A stretch of 63,186 bases of DNA, filler included, from Diploschistes diacapsis (lineage: Eukaryota), in assembly GCA_023645945.1 (NCBI GenBank). It is 21 parts of 21 records of this genome, joined end to end, with 100 filler letters (N's around TTAATTAATTAA, not from the genome) between each part and the next. Parts side by side here need not be neighbours in the genome. Positions count along the whole stretch, not along the records: positions 1 to 19,436 come from JALAIB010000370.1; 20 more parts are not named here. One strand, written 5' to 3'. Positions 1-12,858 of this stretch are shown here, piece by piece. Numbering within the stretch: position 1 is the stretch's first letter; the number at the start of each line of letters is the position of its first letter. Under the pieces are notes generated by a model. That model saw only the letters and a list, made by a program, of their open reading frames with translations. It had not been told where the DNA came from and did not search any database. A program made the position numbers and the translations under genes.

Positions 1-1
1 G

Positions 2-121
2 GGCGTGTTGCCGTATAGGGTTTTTGGTATGGTAAGTGGGGTCGAGGCATGTGCGGGGGCGGTGGATATGGCGGTTACGACGGCGGATGTGGGGGCTGTG
101 GCGGCTTATGAGTATGTGTGA
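2..121 (+). CDS. 3' end of a probable fungal IgE-binding-protein-like secreted protein (5' part outside window)
   Basis: Manual translation of frame 2 gives GVLPYRVFGMVSGVEACAGAVDMAVTTADVGAVAAYEYV*. This resembles the PYxVFA...C...AAW(Q/E)Y C-terminus of that family. Confidence 0.45.
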   Translation, partial: GVLPYRVFGMVSGVEACAGAVDMAVTTADVGAVAAYEYV

Positions 122-1234
122 GAGGAGAAGTGTATTGGAGGAGCATGGGTGGGTGGGAGAGGAATAGATTAGGCTGGATGGAGGGGGGGAAAGAGAATGG
201 GTAGCGGGAGTGTATGAATAGTGCGCGCTCTTCCCCCTTTCGAGATGGCGAGGAAACCCGGCAATGCCTGGCAAAAGGGTCTCGGCATGTCTTGGTGTAT
301 GGTAAACCGTCCCTGGCCCGTAGTAGTAGCAAGCTACTGTATGCGCCTCATGAAGTCCTGGATTGGGAAGAAAGTGCTTGCAGCTGTTCTTCGCGGTGAG
401 GCGATTGTCACCTTGGTTCTAAGCGAGTGCAACGCATCGTATCTAGATGTCTCCAACCCTCGCCTCTTCTTAAACAGCATGATCGCTGTGAGCTAGCAAT
501 GACTCAAGATGCCGTCTCGTGAACAGCGTCGAGCTTTCCGGCTCGGTCGACTTGGCACTATCATGCCCAACCACATGGAAATCTACCTGTGAAAGGTAAA
601 GCTTGTTATGTTAGTAGCTTCTTTGGGCATCATTGAGTTAGCACTCAATACTCTATTCGGCACAATGGACTTTGTAGTCAACTCCTATGGGGAAGCAGTT
701 ATAATCGTGGCGTTCGTTATCTGAGCCGAATTGAAGCGGCGATTGGCTCCATAGGCCGTGGCCGAGAATTGATGATATTCTTCGAGCCAGCAGAGAGAAG
801 ACATAGACGGATGTTAACTGAATCTTCAAGTTCTAACAGCTGCAAGAATGAAAGCTGTCAAACAATCCTGCTGTCTTCCCCGCAGTCAACGTCAGCCAGC
901 CGTCAATGTCTCTCTCCTCGCCACTATCTGCAATATCAAAGCCAAGTTGCATTCTCTTATGTTTTGACAGGTGCCCAGAATACAACGTCGTAGTATCGTG
1001 AAGCAGTCCAGTAGCTCATGTGGAGGTATGGACATTAGTAGACGTTTGGGTCTACCCCCTCACCTTAGCGCTTTACTCTTGTGCTGTTGTTCTTCTCCCT
1101 ACTTGACAGGCATTAAGCTATGGACTACTATTCGCCACATAAACCTTGAATCGCAAAAGAGTTCTGAAAGCAGGTAAACGCTATGGGCTATAGCAAGGTC
1201 CCTTTTCTGATCTCAGCGAGTATCAAGTGTGACA

Positions 1235-2197
1235 ATGTTGGAAGGTTCTTTGCCTTTGCCTCTCCTTGGACTTACTCTGCTTGTAGCCCCTTTAGTCTGT
1301 CACGTTGGTCTCTTCCTCTTCAGTGATTAGAGAGACGTTAACTCAACGGACAACGTCGTCTGCGTTCTTTTCATCTCTCCACTACGGCACGTCCCAGGTC
1401 CGTTTCTGCCAATGACCACAGGTTACTGGCTCGTGTTTATTGAACTGGCTGGTCGTAAAACTGCAACACTACATGAGTTGCTTCGGCGGCATGGCAAGGC
1501 AGTGCGCGTTGGGCCGTCAGAGGTCTTATTTAGCAATGCTGAAACCGCCACAGAAATTTACGATTCGAAGAATTTCATAAGGCGCCTGTTTATGGACTGA
1601 TGACTATCCCACCCTTGAGAAAAGAGATGGGTAAGAGACGGATTTACCTGAGCCCCGTCTTTTCTCAGACCAATCTAATGGGCAACGGAACCACTGATAC
1701 TTGCGCATATCGGGAATCTGCATGAAGTCATCCGCAATGGTTTAGGTCTGCTGTATAACATACTTCGCCGGTTAAGGTTGTTGTCCTTTGATATCGTCGG
1801 TACGTAGCCTCAGCCCTTATAGGAAGCCCGAACTCTACAACTGGTTGCCCAGGAGAACTATTTCTTGGCTAGTCTTTTCGGCCCCTGAAAGGCCCAACGA
1901 TCCGCCCCAGTTCTTGACAGACATGGACTTGTGATTCCTCGAGACTGGTTATCCCGATTCCCCAGATCCAGCATCTGTTCAAGGCAAGGGAACGCATATC
2001 AAAGGTTGCGCGCTTGTCTGGGCAAGGTGCTCGCGATGATGGAGCTGAAGCTCACGACCGCAGCGCTGATCGCAGCGTTCGAGGTAAGGCTTGCGCCGAG
2101 CGCGACGGAGGATTGCATGGCGATGGAGGACTGCTTTTTGGATATTTCGAAGGGGGGGAAAGTGCGAGCCTGTATTTCGGACGGTTGCGTAGAGTAG
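1235..2197 (+). pseudogene. Cytochrome P450 relic with large internal deletion
   Basis: Has a hydrophobic anchor MLEGSLPLPLLGLTLLV, proline motif SPLRHVPGP, LHELLRRHGKAVRVGPSEVLF and heme-like RACLGKVLAMMELK. Stops and frameshifts lie between them, and it spans under 1 kb with no I-helix, ExxR or PERF. Confidence 0.8.
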
Positions 2198-4369
2198 AAG
2201 GAATGGGTAGGTGGGGTGGCAGATGCCGTGGAGCTTGAGGGAGTGAGGGGGTTGGGTGGCTGGTGATATCTCTGAAGGTGAGTTTGGGCGGTGCTTGATG
2301 CTTAAAGTTGAGTAGGTAAGGGAGGCAGGCAATGTTAATAGTTATTTGCACATCAAATATTTTTCATCTCTTCTTGGCCGATAAGAGTCGAGGGATGCTT
2401 CGGATCAATTATCGAATAACCGAAGCTACTTGAAGCTCTCTCAGACATTTTAGGCTCTCTGTTAATTGATCTGAAGCATTTTTTCGAGCTCTTGTGTAAG
2501 CAAAAAGTGATGGAAGGGGCATTGGGTGTGCAAAGTATTGATTATATTGCCTGGTGTGGATACTCAAGGGTTAGCTTTTCATGCTATTCTTAGGCTCTCA
2601 TGCTCTTTATCCTCGAATTAGACGTTCGTATAGAAGTAAGGTCCTTCCCTTTTCTGCGGGCTGGGACGCTTCTATTGTTGCTCTTTTGAAAACTATACGG
2701 CTGGTTAATGAAGTTTAAACCTTTTCATGAGCTTATAGATGCTAAACGGTTTTATGTTATCGGTTTCTCTCGCTTTCTTACCTCGAGTTCTGTAATAAAT
2801 TTAGTCTATTATTTAATTTGAATGTTGCATGGAACTGACCCCTTGACTTTGTATCCACTTTCTCTTCCCTACCTCTGCTTCCTCTTGCCCTGCCTCTGCT
2901 TTCTCGTTTGGATACAGTCTCCAAATTTATCAACGGCTATGCATCTTTCAGCCGCCGTTTTAAAAAGAAGGTTTCACCTCTGAACGCTGCATCATTATTT
3001 AGCCACATATTAACTTTTCTCTCGAACTTAAATCTCTGTCATGCCTTTCGTTTACTAATATAGACCTTCCCCTTATCTGGGTGGTATCTCCTCCAGATAA
3101 TATAACCTCCACTGTTTTTATCTTTCATAATGTTCTCAACCCTGCTCTTCCTACGAATTAAAGACGATTTGGACCAAGAGGCCCTATTAAAGCCTAGTCA
3201 AAGGCTGAGGAAAGCAAATCAGAAGGATGGGTTTACTCCGGTTCGAAAACCCGGCTTGTATTTCCCAAATATATACCAAGTTCGAGAAAACCTTTCAAGG
3301 GGGACTGTCTTGAATGTGATGTGAGATATGAAAGGAAATGGAGACCTGACAAAGATGGTTCTGTAAGACATGAGGGAAAGAAGTTCTTCGAGACAGTCAC
3401 TTGAAGTTTATGATATGAATGAATATAAAGAGCTTAAGAATTGTTTGCAAAAAAAAGATTGGAACCTTTATAATTAACTTCAGTTTCAGCTGTTTGCTGT
3501 CCATACTAAAACCCAACGTTCCATTACGAATCTTACTCAATGAACTTTATCTAGAGTCCTTTCGCTAATGGAATGTTCTTGGTGTTTGGCCTTTCAGATT
3601 TCGGTCTCGCAGATACCCCCTATATATTCCATAACTCGAGATAAATGAAGAAATGTCCCATAAAAACTTAAAAACTTACCTTTTGCTTTCGAGCCTCGCG
3701 TTCTCGCCGGGCGACTCGGATATCAAAGCCAAATAACAATATTGCACCTGCTTCGTCCAAGGATTTATAAGATATCATTTCCAAGTTACAGACTATGTCG
3801 TCGAAATAAACTTTTATTTCCATTCAATAACAATTACTAACAACAGCTCTTATTCATAAAGTTTCCCTTTTATTAGATTTCATATAGACTATAACATACC
3901 ATACCAATAATACTTCCTTTACTCAGAAACCTTGCTACTGCAGTGAGAGATCATAACATATGAGATGGATGCAATCATTACGAAATCCCAACATGAGGAT
4001 TAACGCCCTCGACTCACGTTGCTCTTCTTCCGGGTAGCCTCTAAGAGGCCGGGCTGGCGAAAGACCTTGAAAGGCAGTCTCCCAACAACCTTTGATGAGT
4101 TCTGGGCCAATAACCAGTGGAAACTTGAGCCTAGGGCAGAGTATCCCTCTACACTCACAGTGCATATTTTCTACTATTACTGCTTTTTTTTAGAGTAGTT
4201 TCACAGACGGAGGTGTTGCGGCTGATGAACCTGAGTGTGGTTTGTACGTTGAGAGCGTTGCCCAAGATTCCGTCACCATGACGGTTCACTATAGATCCTC
4301 GGATCATCTTAAGATTAAATTCGCATGCGCCGAATAATCTCTGGGGCTGACTGCCGTTAAGTAGTTGCT

Positions 4370-5926
4370 TCAGGTCTTGATAAAATAATTCATTAGGTTG
4401 TTCTTTTGCTCCACCTTAACACTCTTCTTCTTGCCCTCGGCCCCAGGTACAGGATCGGGTTTCTCACCAACTTTCATCAGTTGCATCAGTTCCTCGAACT
4501 CAGCGTGCGGTACGATACCACCAGAGGCCTCTTTGTGCCCGCGCGCAAAGTCATCGCCCACTCTTGTGGCAAGATCCGTAGCGGAGAGAGCGGCAACAGC
4601 TTTGAGAGATTCGATGATGTTCACCGGTGGGTCCCGGTTGCGCGCACATCTGGCGATGCGGCAGGAGAAATTGACCACGCCCGGTAAATGGCCGGAATTT
4701 GCGACCATAACGATCTCGAGGGCTTTGGAGTTGAGGAAGCCGGCCTGAACATGGTCAACAGTATTCATACATAGATGAGAGATAATGAAAAATCTTTGCC
4801 TTACCCAGCGTGTAGCAATTACGGGATGAATTTGGGCGGCGCTGCTTATTCGCAATACCGCAATCTTGCCGTCTTTGCTGAATTTTGGTGCTGCATGCGT
4901 GTGCCGTTCGACCTCCTCATTGATTTCGGCTCGTGCTTCAAGAAGTCGCCGGTTCAATAGGATTTCTTTGGGACTTTGGGTGTTGAGCAGCGCATCCCAG
5001 GCGGATTTGACATCGAATTTTGCTGTACGTCGAGCTATAGAATCCACTGTCAGATATAGCTTCGTTACATGGCGAGATAAAAGGCCTCACGAGCGTTAAC
5101 CAGCGAAACAGCGTCGTTGATGGCCTTTTTGGAGTGCGTCTTGAACATTTCTGCCATGTCAGGGAATGGCGGTTTCCATTTTAGAGTTGTCCCTAGGTCA
5201 CCGTGCGTTCCGATTGCGCAAAGATATCCACATTTTGAAGCAACGTCTGGGTGCAATGGCTCGCAGAGCTCGTATGTGAGCAAAGACGACGTGGCCACAG
5301 GTGGATAATGGCAAGCTGAGACAAACTGCCCTCATCAGCTGATACCTAATCAAAGCCAAGCATTACACACCTCTGCTCCATCTGGGAATTCCAGCTCTGT
5401 CGCGTTATGGTGGTCTATGACGAGACACTTTGTCTCATCGTTGTCCACTATCCTGGGCCCCGACCGACTCCCTTGATCCAAAACAATGACTCGCTTAGGC
5501 TTCTTCTCTAGCATAAGCTGGCGCTGCGACCCCTCGTGCACTGTGGTGCCCTTCGAGAGTAAGTGCACATCGATCAAACTCGGATCGAGCCCAAGAGCTT
5601 GAAGAGTCCGATATAGGATAACGCCCGAGCTCAAACCGTCGGCATCTTTGTCTGGGACGAGGAGGGTCCTGCGCTTATTCTTTGCACTGGGATCGTAACC
5701 GGTCAGTGGAAAGGTCCTTTGGCAGTTCGGAGTCCATAAAAGATTGTTGACAGTACCATTCACTTATGAATGACCTTGCGTTCTCCATAGCTTCCTCCGG
5801 CGCAGGCCATATATGACTTCCGTTTTTAGCCCTCACCATCGCAACATCACAGTAGTCAGGGACCTGCGCCGTTTGCCGCCGTTTCGCTATTGGACTTGAC
5901 TCATTGGAGTTCGATTTTCGCTTCAT
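4370..5926 (-). CDS. DHH-family phosphoesterase (RecJ/NrnA-like), 5 exons
   Basis: Motifs PDKDADGLSSG, VLDQG, IDHH, GTHGDLG and RGHKEASGG join in frame across four GT-AG introns. ATG at 5926 (MKRKS), TGA at 4370-4372. Confidence 0.9.
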
Positions 5927-7283
5927 AGCTGCCAAGTTTCGTTTCAATAACAGTGTGGAAATTATCAAGAGCTTCAAGGGCGGTAGAAAGCTTGATTGAC
6001 GATAAAGGAAGGACTGCGACCTCGAAGCAGTCGTGATGCGCCTAAGGGAAGCTGTCATCCGAATCGATCACGAGCAAGCAGTGAAAATCAAGTTTTAAAT
6101 CCGTGGGTGATATAAGGAATAGGCCAAAGGAATGATGCGAAAAGCCGCCTTCGTGTAAGAGCGATGAGGCTCTGAGCTTCAAGTTGAGCTTCGCTAGAGT
6201 TCATCTGGTGACGTCATGATGGGTAATTCTTGAGCCAATGTATGTCTGAGAACTACAGAGATATTTCTTTTTCTTTGATGACTTCCATGCGCAGCTACTA
6301 GTGTTTTGCAGCTCTTTGATTGCATCTGTTGATCGTAAGGGTGCAGTCTGCTGCTATCGTCCTCCCGTTACCTCCATCAAGTTCTTCATCCTGCTCTTCT
6401 GTACATCCAGCCGCCATTCTCTGACTCGCTATGTCGTATACACCGTATGCTGCGTGAGAGCTAAGGAGATTATTGTTATGGAGCTCTTGATCGTTAGCAT
6501 TTGTGGTCTAAGCAAGAGTCTATCCGCTTCCAGTGTGTCTCTTTTCGTTATTAGCCAAGAGGACATGTACATTTCTGTGAAGTCCTTTATCTCTGTGTAT
6601 AAATATCGAAATGTAGAGGCTTTATGAGTTGAAACATGCTTCTTATCACAGCCTCATCACCCTTTTGGAGCGAGTGTTGTACCTCTTTTGGGCAAAGTTC
6701 GGTGCTTGACCTGGCCTTTGCATCGATTCAGATATCCTCAGGCTTCAGGTAAGGATCTACAAGCATTTTTTGGTTAATGTGTCTTTATATCTGATACTCC
6801 TTGGTTCTTATTATGAACACTTTTATCTTTCATTCCGACAAGCCACGTTCTACTCGTAGTACAAGCTTTCTCCGACTAGAATGACATTGCTCACTGCCGT
6901 TTTTGGACATGATTTGAGGATTAATCTTATGAACAAAGGATGCCCTTAAAGTTCTTGCAGTACTCCCAAAATTCTCCAAATCGCACATGCAAGCTAGTAT
7001 TGCTCTTTTCGGCATCATAAGTGTGAAATGGATGTGTCCCCTCTGTGGTTTGGATTTTTTGCCAGCTCTTAGCACCTTGCTTCTAGGTGATATTCAGTCT
7101 CATATCTATTCACAAAATATGACAGAAGTGATTTTGTCTACTTTGAGAGGTAATGATTTTATTTCATCTCACATCGTCCCGCTCCTGATTTCCATTCCAG
7201 CAGATCAGCCAGTAACTCGTTGAGTATCTGATCTCGACATGACACGACGTTAATAGCTTGCTTGGTTTGCTTGATTACGCGAC

Positions 7284-10200
7284 ATGGAGGTTGAACACAA
7301 AGAAACTATAGGTGATGAAAGCCAGGCGCTTATCCCAGCCTGCCATTGTTTCCCGGATCGCTTTCAAGAAGTCTTGGAGTGGGGCAAACAATTAGCAGGA
7401 CACGCCGCTAGAGTACTTCCGGATTACGCAGTTATTAATTACTTGGTAGTGGGCAGACTTGTTGAGCGCGCCACTGCGCTCAGCAACTTCTGCATTAGGG
7501 ACTCAAGAATCATTGCTCTTCGGGGCGACACAGGGCAGGGTAATAGTTTATCACGCGGTTGAAGACCTTCTTGCTAATGAACGGAAGGTAAAAGCAGCCT
7601 GATCAACTCCTTGCTCGATTGTCCAGGCTTGGCAGAAACTGTAAGCTGTTTATCACGATCCGGTGAACAGCGGCTGAACATCTGAAGTCAGACTGGGGTA
7701 GGGGCTGTACTACGGTCGTTGCCGAGTACCGATATAAAGCCAATGCATCGATAGCACCTTTCAGGGTTGAGTTTCTATTTCTAGCGGGCGCCGAAATAGA
7801 TAAGATGATAGAAGAGCTAGTCTACAGCTATCGTCGCACGAAGATACCTGGTGTCGAGGATGATGATGATTTCGAGGAATTTCAAAGAGAATCGCAGGTT
7901 GCCTGGTGGAGTCTTGAGTCTGCATTCGGACATAGAGCTGGGCTCAAGACCTTATGTGACAACACAGGCGAAGGTGCATACCAAAAAATCGTCAATCAAC
8001 TCCTTGAATGGGTAGAGGAGATATCTTGGCCGGAAGGGTGTGATGCCGGTGTTTGGGGCGAAGACTTTCACACCGCACGCGAGGTTTCGGACAAGATCTC
8101 GGCTCTCACGGAAAACAGGCTTTGGCCCTTTACGAAGACAACGCGGTAAGACTCCCTGTTCTGACTGAGCCGATAAGTATCTCACCAAGTTCTTGGTAGG
8201 ATCTATCTAGACGCTCCTATCCTAAGGAACGGTGTGATCCTTGTAGACTTGCCTGGTATGTACGGAAGACTTCGTGAAATGAATACGTCAACTAAACCTT
8301 TTCCAGGGCAGCGAGACGTCAACCTAGCGAGATTGCAGATGACCAAGGAGTACCTCTTACGGGCTGATCATACATTTATAGTAGTCGACATAAAGCGTGC
8401 AGCATCTGATCAGTCATTGAAGACTGCCTTATTAGATGAGCTGAACAAAGAAGTAGATTTCAAGACGGGATCGAATGATATCCGTAGATTGGATGCGACC
8501 ATCGTCTGCACCCACGCTGAGGTAAGCAGGTTGAGTACTCCAAGCAACAGTCCTCATTGATGCAAACTAGGACCTTAATATCGTTGAAGCAAAGAGGAAG
8601 ATTCTCAAATTTCCCAGCAAGCATGCCCGAGTGGTTGCTGAACTGGAAGTTGCACTTGGTCAAGCAGGAAGATCCGGAGACTGGACTACAAAACCTACGT
8701 TGGAAAAAGAGTAAGTTAAGAAAGTCTTTGTAAGGTCCGAGGTAATAAGTTATTGTTTCCAGGCTAAAGCAGCGGTTGATGAAGGCTCGTAACGAATCTA
8801 TTCAGACCGACATACGAAAGGCCTACGAAGAAGAGCTTAGAGGAAGCTCGCTGGATATCTACTGCGTTTCCAATGTCGACTACGCCGAATTTGCAGAATC
8901 GGGAAATGAGGAGATAGCAAAAGCCTCGGGCATTCCCCAACTTCACCAACACTGTTATTCAGTCATTTCAGGAGCAATGTTCTTCGAAACCGAAAATTTC
9001 CTTTGCGCAGAACTTCCTGCTCTCTTGAAGTCGATCGAGTTGTTCGTGGATGCACTACCAACTGGAAATGATCGACCTACTAGACATTTTGGGAGTGGAC
9101 ACAGAATCTACCAGGGTCCCACAGTATCTGTACGAGATCCTCGTTGCTCGAGATCTTTAGCTGATTCGAAGTAGTTTGAGGACGCATTTGGGAGCGCCGA
9201 CCAGAATCTGAAGATATTCCATGACATATTCATTAGCGAGATGGGTACTGTCATTATAACTTTGTTGTAAACTATTGCTAATGCATGTGCATAGAGACGC
9301 ATGAGACCAGGTGGGACAAGTTTGCTTTGACCACAAGTGAGGTCTGGGAGAAGGTAAGAAGACGCCTTCATTTGCTCCTCAGAGGTAATACTAATAGACC
9401 ACAGTGGCATCATGGTAACTGTGAACGTATTTTTTAGGCCAGAACCTTTTCTGATTGAAAGTATAGCTTCCTACGCCACTTGGTGCAGGCATGACGGAAC
9501 CCACCAGACTCGCAAATGCGGTCCTGTCCAGTGGAACGCGGACCTTGGCAAGACATCAAAGCTATATATGCGTAGTCGATGGACCGCCCTGGAGAAAGGC
9601 GTGAGCAAGGAAGTCATGAAACTTGCAAGGGTTATTAAGAAACGGTTTACTGCTCTTGCAAACGGCTTCAGAAGTGTGTATCTTGCCCAAGAGGGGCTTG
9701 ATGGGGGTCATACTAAGCACATTGCGCAGAATCCTCGAATCTGTCAAGAGCGATACGTCTACAGCGTGGTTCTATATCACATCAGTTCAAAGCCGTCAAG
9801 CGCCACGCAACCAAGGAAATTCGGTAAGTACTGAAAAGCTTTGGTCAATATGCACCTACAGTCGCTAAGGCCATTTTACATAGAGTCCTTCGCAGGAAGG
9901 CACTGGAGGATAATCCAGAGTCTTTACTTCTGGATTACATGAGGCCTGCTTACCGCGATGCCGCTATGGAAATGGGTGAGTTCACAACTCTGTACCTCCG
10001 ACGATCGTTCCAACGTCCTTATCTTTGCCTCGCGCACCACCAGAGGAAGATCGTGCTAAGACCGCATAGGCATAGGCTACAATAAACGTCAAATCGACAT
10101 TGTCAAATATCAGATCAAGCGCGGCATCTTCAAAGCAATCCGTGAGAACCTCGATTGCAGTGTAGCGAAGTTGATCCAGTCAGGCTGTGCGCGCTTGCGT

Positions 10201-10386
10201 GAGATTGTGGCGGAGTCTGGAAACGTCATTAAAAGGGATCTTGGTATCACGTATGGTGCCGGCACCGCTGCTAGTAACTGCATTGCTGAGGAGAGGGGGG
10301 AATTAGAAGAGCTGGTCCGGGAATGGGGAGTTGAATATGCGAAGATCGAAAAGGCTTTTGAAAGAGTAAAGGAAGAGCAGACATGA
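7284..10386 (+). CDS. Dynamin-family P-loop GTPase (Dynamin_N / SLIP-GC-like), about 14 exons
   Basis: G1 GDTGQG|KSSLINSLL is split by an intron, followed by G2 GRGCTTVV, G3 LVDLPG|QRD and G4-like VCTHAE. The frame was traced manually through all introns to the TGA ending at 10386. Confidence 0.85.
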
Positions 10387-10975
10387 TGTCCGTGCTCGGC
10401 AATACCGTCATAGACTGCATAGGGTTTTGAGGAGAGCTAAAAAGCGGCACACGTGAAATATGATTCAAGCCTTGAACGCAGATTCGGTTCCGAAGCTGTG
10501 CAGGCGATATAGGTTTGAACAAGATGAACAAGAGGCGAAGTAGGTTAATTACAAAGGTATTTACCCGCCACATCCTCAAATATAGCAACATTTAAAATTT
10601 CGGGTAATTATTAGTGTATATGTTGTAAGAGACTTTTACCTGCTTAATGACAAAATTCATTAACAATAATTCTCGATAATTGCGTCGCGATAAAACTTAA
10701 CTTCAACGTTATTATCGCGTCCCTGTTGAAAGTAGGTGGAGGTATTGCGGTCCCTAGTAAAATGACAAGAGGCTAACATATATTCTGAGCTAAATCTTAA
10801 CTGGGAATTGCTTCCTAGTAATAAATATTCTAGAAGGCTCTTCTTTCTTTTAAAAGATTTCGTGAATTAATAAGTCGAATATAATAAAATATTCGATAAT
10901 GTTTTATTATATTTTAGAATATCCTAGAGCCTTCGAGATCGTATTAAAAGCTTATTAATCATTCGGACTAATCTA

Positions 10976-11184
10976 ACGTGTTTCACCACTTAACGGATCA
11001 CACCACAAAGCGGCTCACCACATTATAATGTAGATGCGCTAGATAGTTTTAAGCGAGCTTTTGAGCCCCACAACCACACATAAATTATTTGTCCGAAAGG
11101 TGAAAATGTTAAGAAATACATTTTACGAAGGTGCAGGGATTGTGAGCCGCTTTGTGGTGTGATCCGTTAAGTGGTGAAACACGT
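10976..11184. mobile_element. Fot1/Pogo-type MITE (209 bp) with TA target duplication
   Basis: Perfect TIR of about 43 bp, ACGTGTTTCACCACTTAACGGATCACACCACAAAGCGGCTCAC, at both ends. TA flanks at 10974-10975 and 11185-11186. Confidence 0.9.
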
Positions 11185-11186
11185 TA

Positions 11187-11346
11187 ACACCTTCGTAAAG
11201 TGTATTTCTTAAAGGCCCAAGAACGGGGTAGTGTGGTTGAGAGCAGATTTAGCTTCGTACAAATATGGAAGCGCTCGATCTAGCGCAATTACATTATAAT
11301 GTAGTGTTCCGCTTTGTGGTGTGTTCCGCTGTGTGGTGAAACACGT
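11187..11346. mobile_element. Diverged, truncated, inverted copy of the same MITE
   Basis: Matches the reverse complement of about 10976-11133 in blocks (CACCTTCGTAAA, ATCTAGCGCA, TACATTATAATGT) and ends GTGGTGAAACACGT-TA. Confidence 0.8.
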
Positions 11347-11966
11347 TATTCAGGTTGATACTATGACAGTCTCGAAACTGTAAATTCATTCCGCCATTTT
11401 AATATAAGCGAGTTTTTAATTTACTTAAATTTGTTCTCGTTTAATCGTAGTTTAAAAACTCGATGTTATTATATTTGGGATGTGGCGGGTTGGCCATTAA
11501 ATACCTCCGTATTTAGCCTCAAACATCTTTTTTCTTCAAGGACGATTCCTGTAAAGGAGACTGGTATTTAGTCGCCGTTGACCTCACCGGCGAGTTACCA
11601 AGCTTCATAAAAGAAACTGCTGATGCCGAGCTCGGTTCTGCGTGAACAAACAAGCCAATCTGCTGTGCAAAGTTTGTTCATGATCATGAGAAATAATACG
11701 AATCGCTACCAGAGGTAAGGGCGCCGTGGATTGATTACTCTCCCTCATGCATCAAGCCTTACTTGCTTGGAGGGGGGGTCGGTGAAGCAGGGTGAAGGCC
11801 AGATGCTCTTGCAGAGCCTTCATGGGCATCTATTAAAGACCATGACACCCCTTCAAGACAAGACGCATATTTTCAACAACTTTCAGTAAAAATAACATCC
11901 ACGAGCTCTTAGTACCTTTTGAGTCCAGTATATCTCCCTCCTTGACAAGGTCTCAGCACTCTTAAG

Positions 11967-12858
11967 ATGGCTCCCAAGATTGCCATTGTCTACGTGAGTC
12001 TCCCTTGTTGGTAAAAAATATTCGGTGATCATCTTGAAGATGTTAAAGCGCTCCAAGTAACCTCGACTCCCAGCACAACACAAAGCCGGCGCTCTTCTGG
12101 CAGACTCTGTAACTGACTTTTCGTGTCTAGTACTCCATGTATGGGCACATTGCCCTGCTTGCTCAAGCAGAAAAGGCAGGCATTGAGGCTGCTGGCGGCA
12201 CTGCCGACCTGTTCCAGTAGGCATAGAATTGCTACCCTTTTACTACCACATCATCTTATAATCTTTCCAGAGTCGAGGAAACCCTACCTATGGAGGTCCT
12301 CCAAAAGATGTACGCTCCGGGCCAGGATACGTCAAAAGCCCCCCTTATCACCCCCGAGAAGCTGGCAACCTACGATGCCTTCCTCATGGGTATCCCGACC
12401 AGATTCGGCAACTATCCCACGCAGTGGAAGAACTTCTGGGACAAGACCGGTGGGCTCTGGCAAAGCGGAGGCCTATGGGGGAAGTATGCGGGCCTCTTTA
12501 TCTCCACAGCATCAATGGGTGGTGGACAGGAGAGCACCGCAATTGCTGCCATGTCGACTTTAGCACACCACGGTATCGTTTACGTTCCTCTGGGTTTCGC
12601 CAAATCCGCTGACATGGCGAACCTGACTGAGGTTCACGGCGGTAGTCCTTGGGGTGCCGGCACATTCACGGTACGTACGCCAGTGTCTTGGATTTAAATC
12701 ACCGTTATTCAGGTTCCTAATCGATAAAAGTTCCATCTGCTAACGGACCTTTTAATCAGGGTGCTGACGGTTCTCCTATGCCGACGGAACAAGAACTCGG
12801 CCTTGCAAAGACACAAGGCAAAGCCTTTTATGAAGTTGTTGCAAGAGCCCACACGTGA
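11967..12858 (+). CDS. wrbA: Flavodoxin-like NAD(P)H:quinone oxidoreductase (WrbA/Pst2/Ycp4 family), 4 exons
   Basis: [52 protein letters not shown]; three GT-AG introns. Confidence 0.95.

Noticed and set aside
2400..4300. Possible gene or transposon relic in moderately AT-rich sequence
   Set aside because: No motif, terminal repeat or consistent frame recognised.
6200..7200. Short ORFs between the DHH and dynamin-like genes
   Set aside because: No recognisable domain or splice path into either gene.
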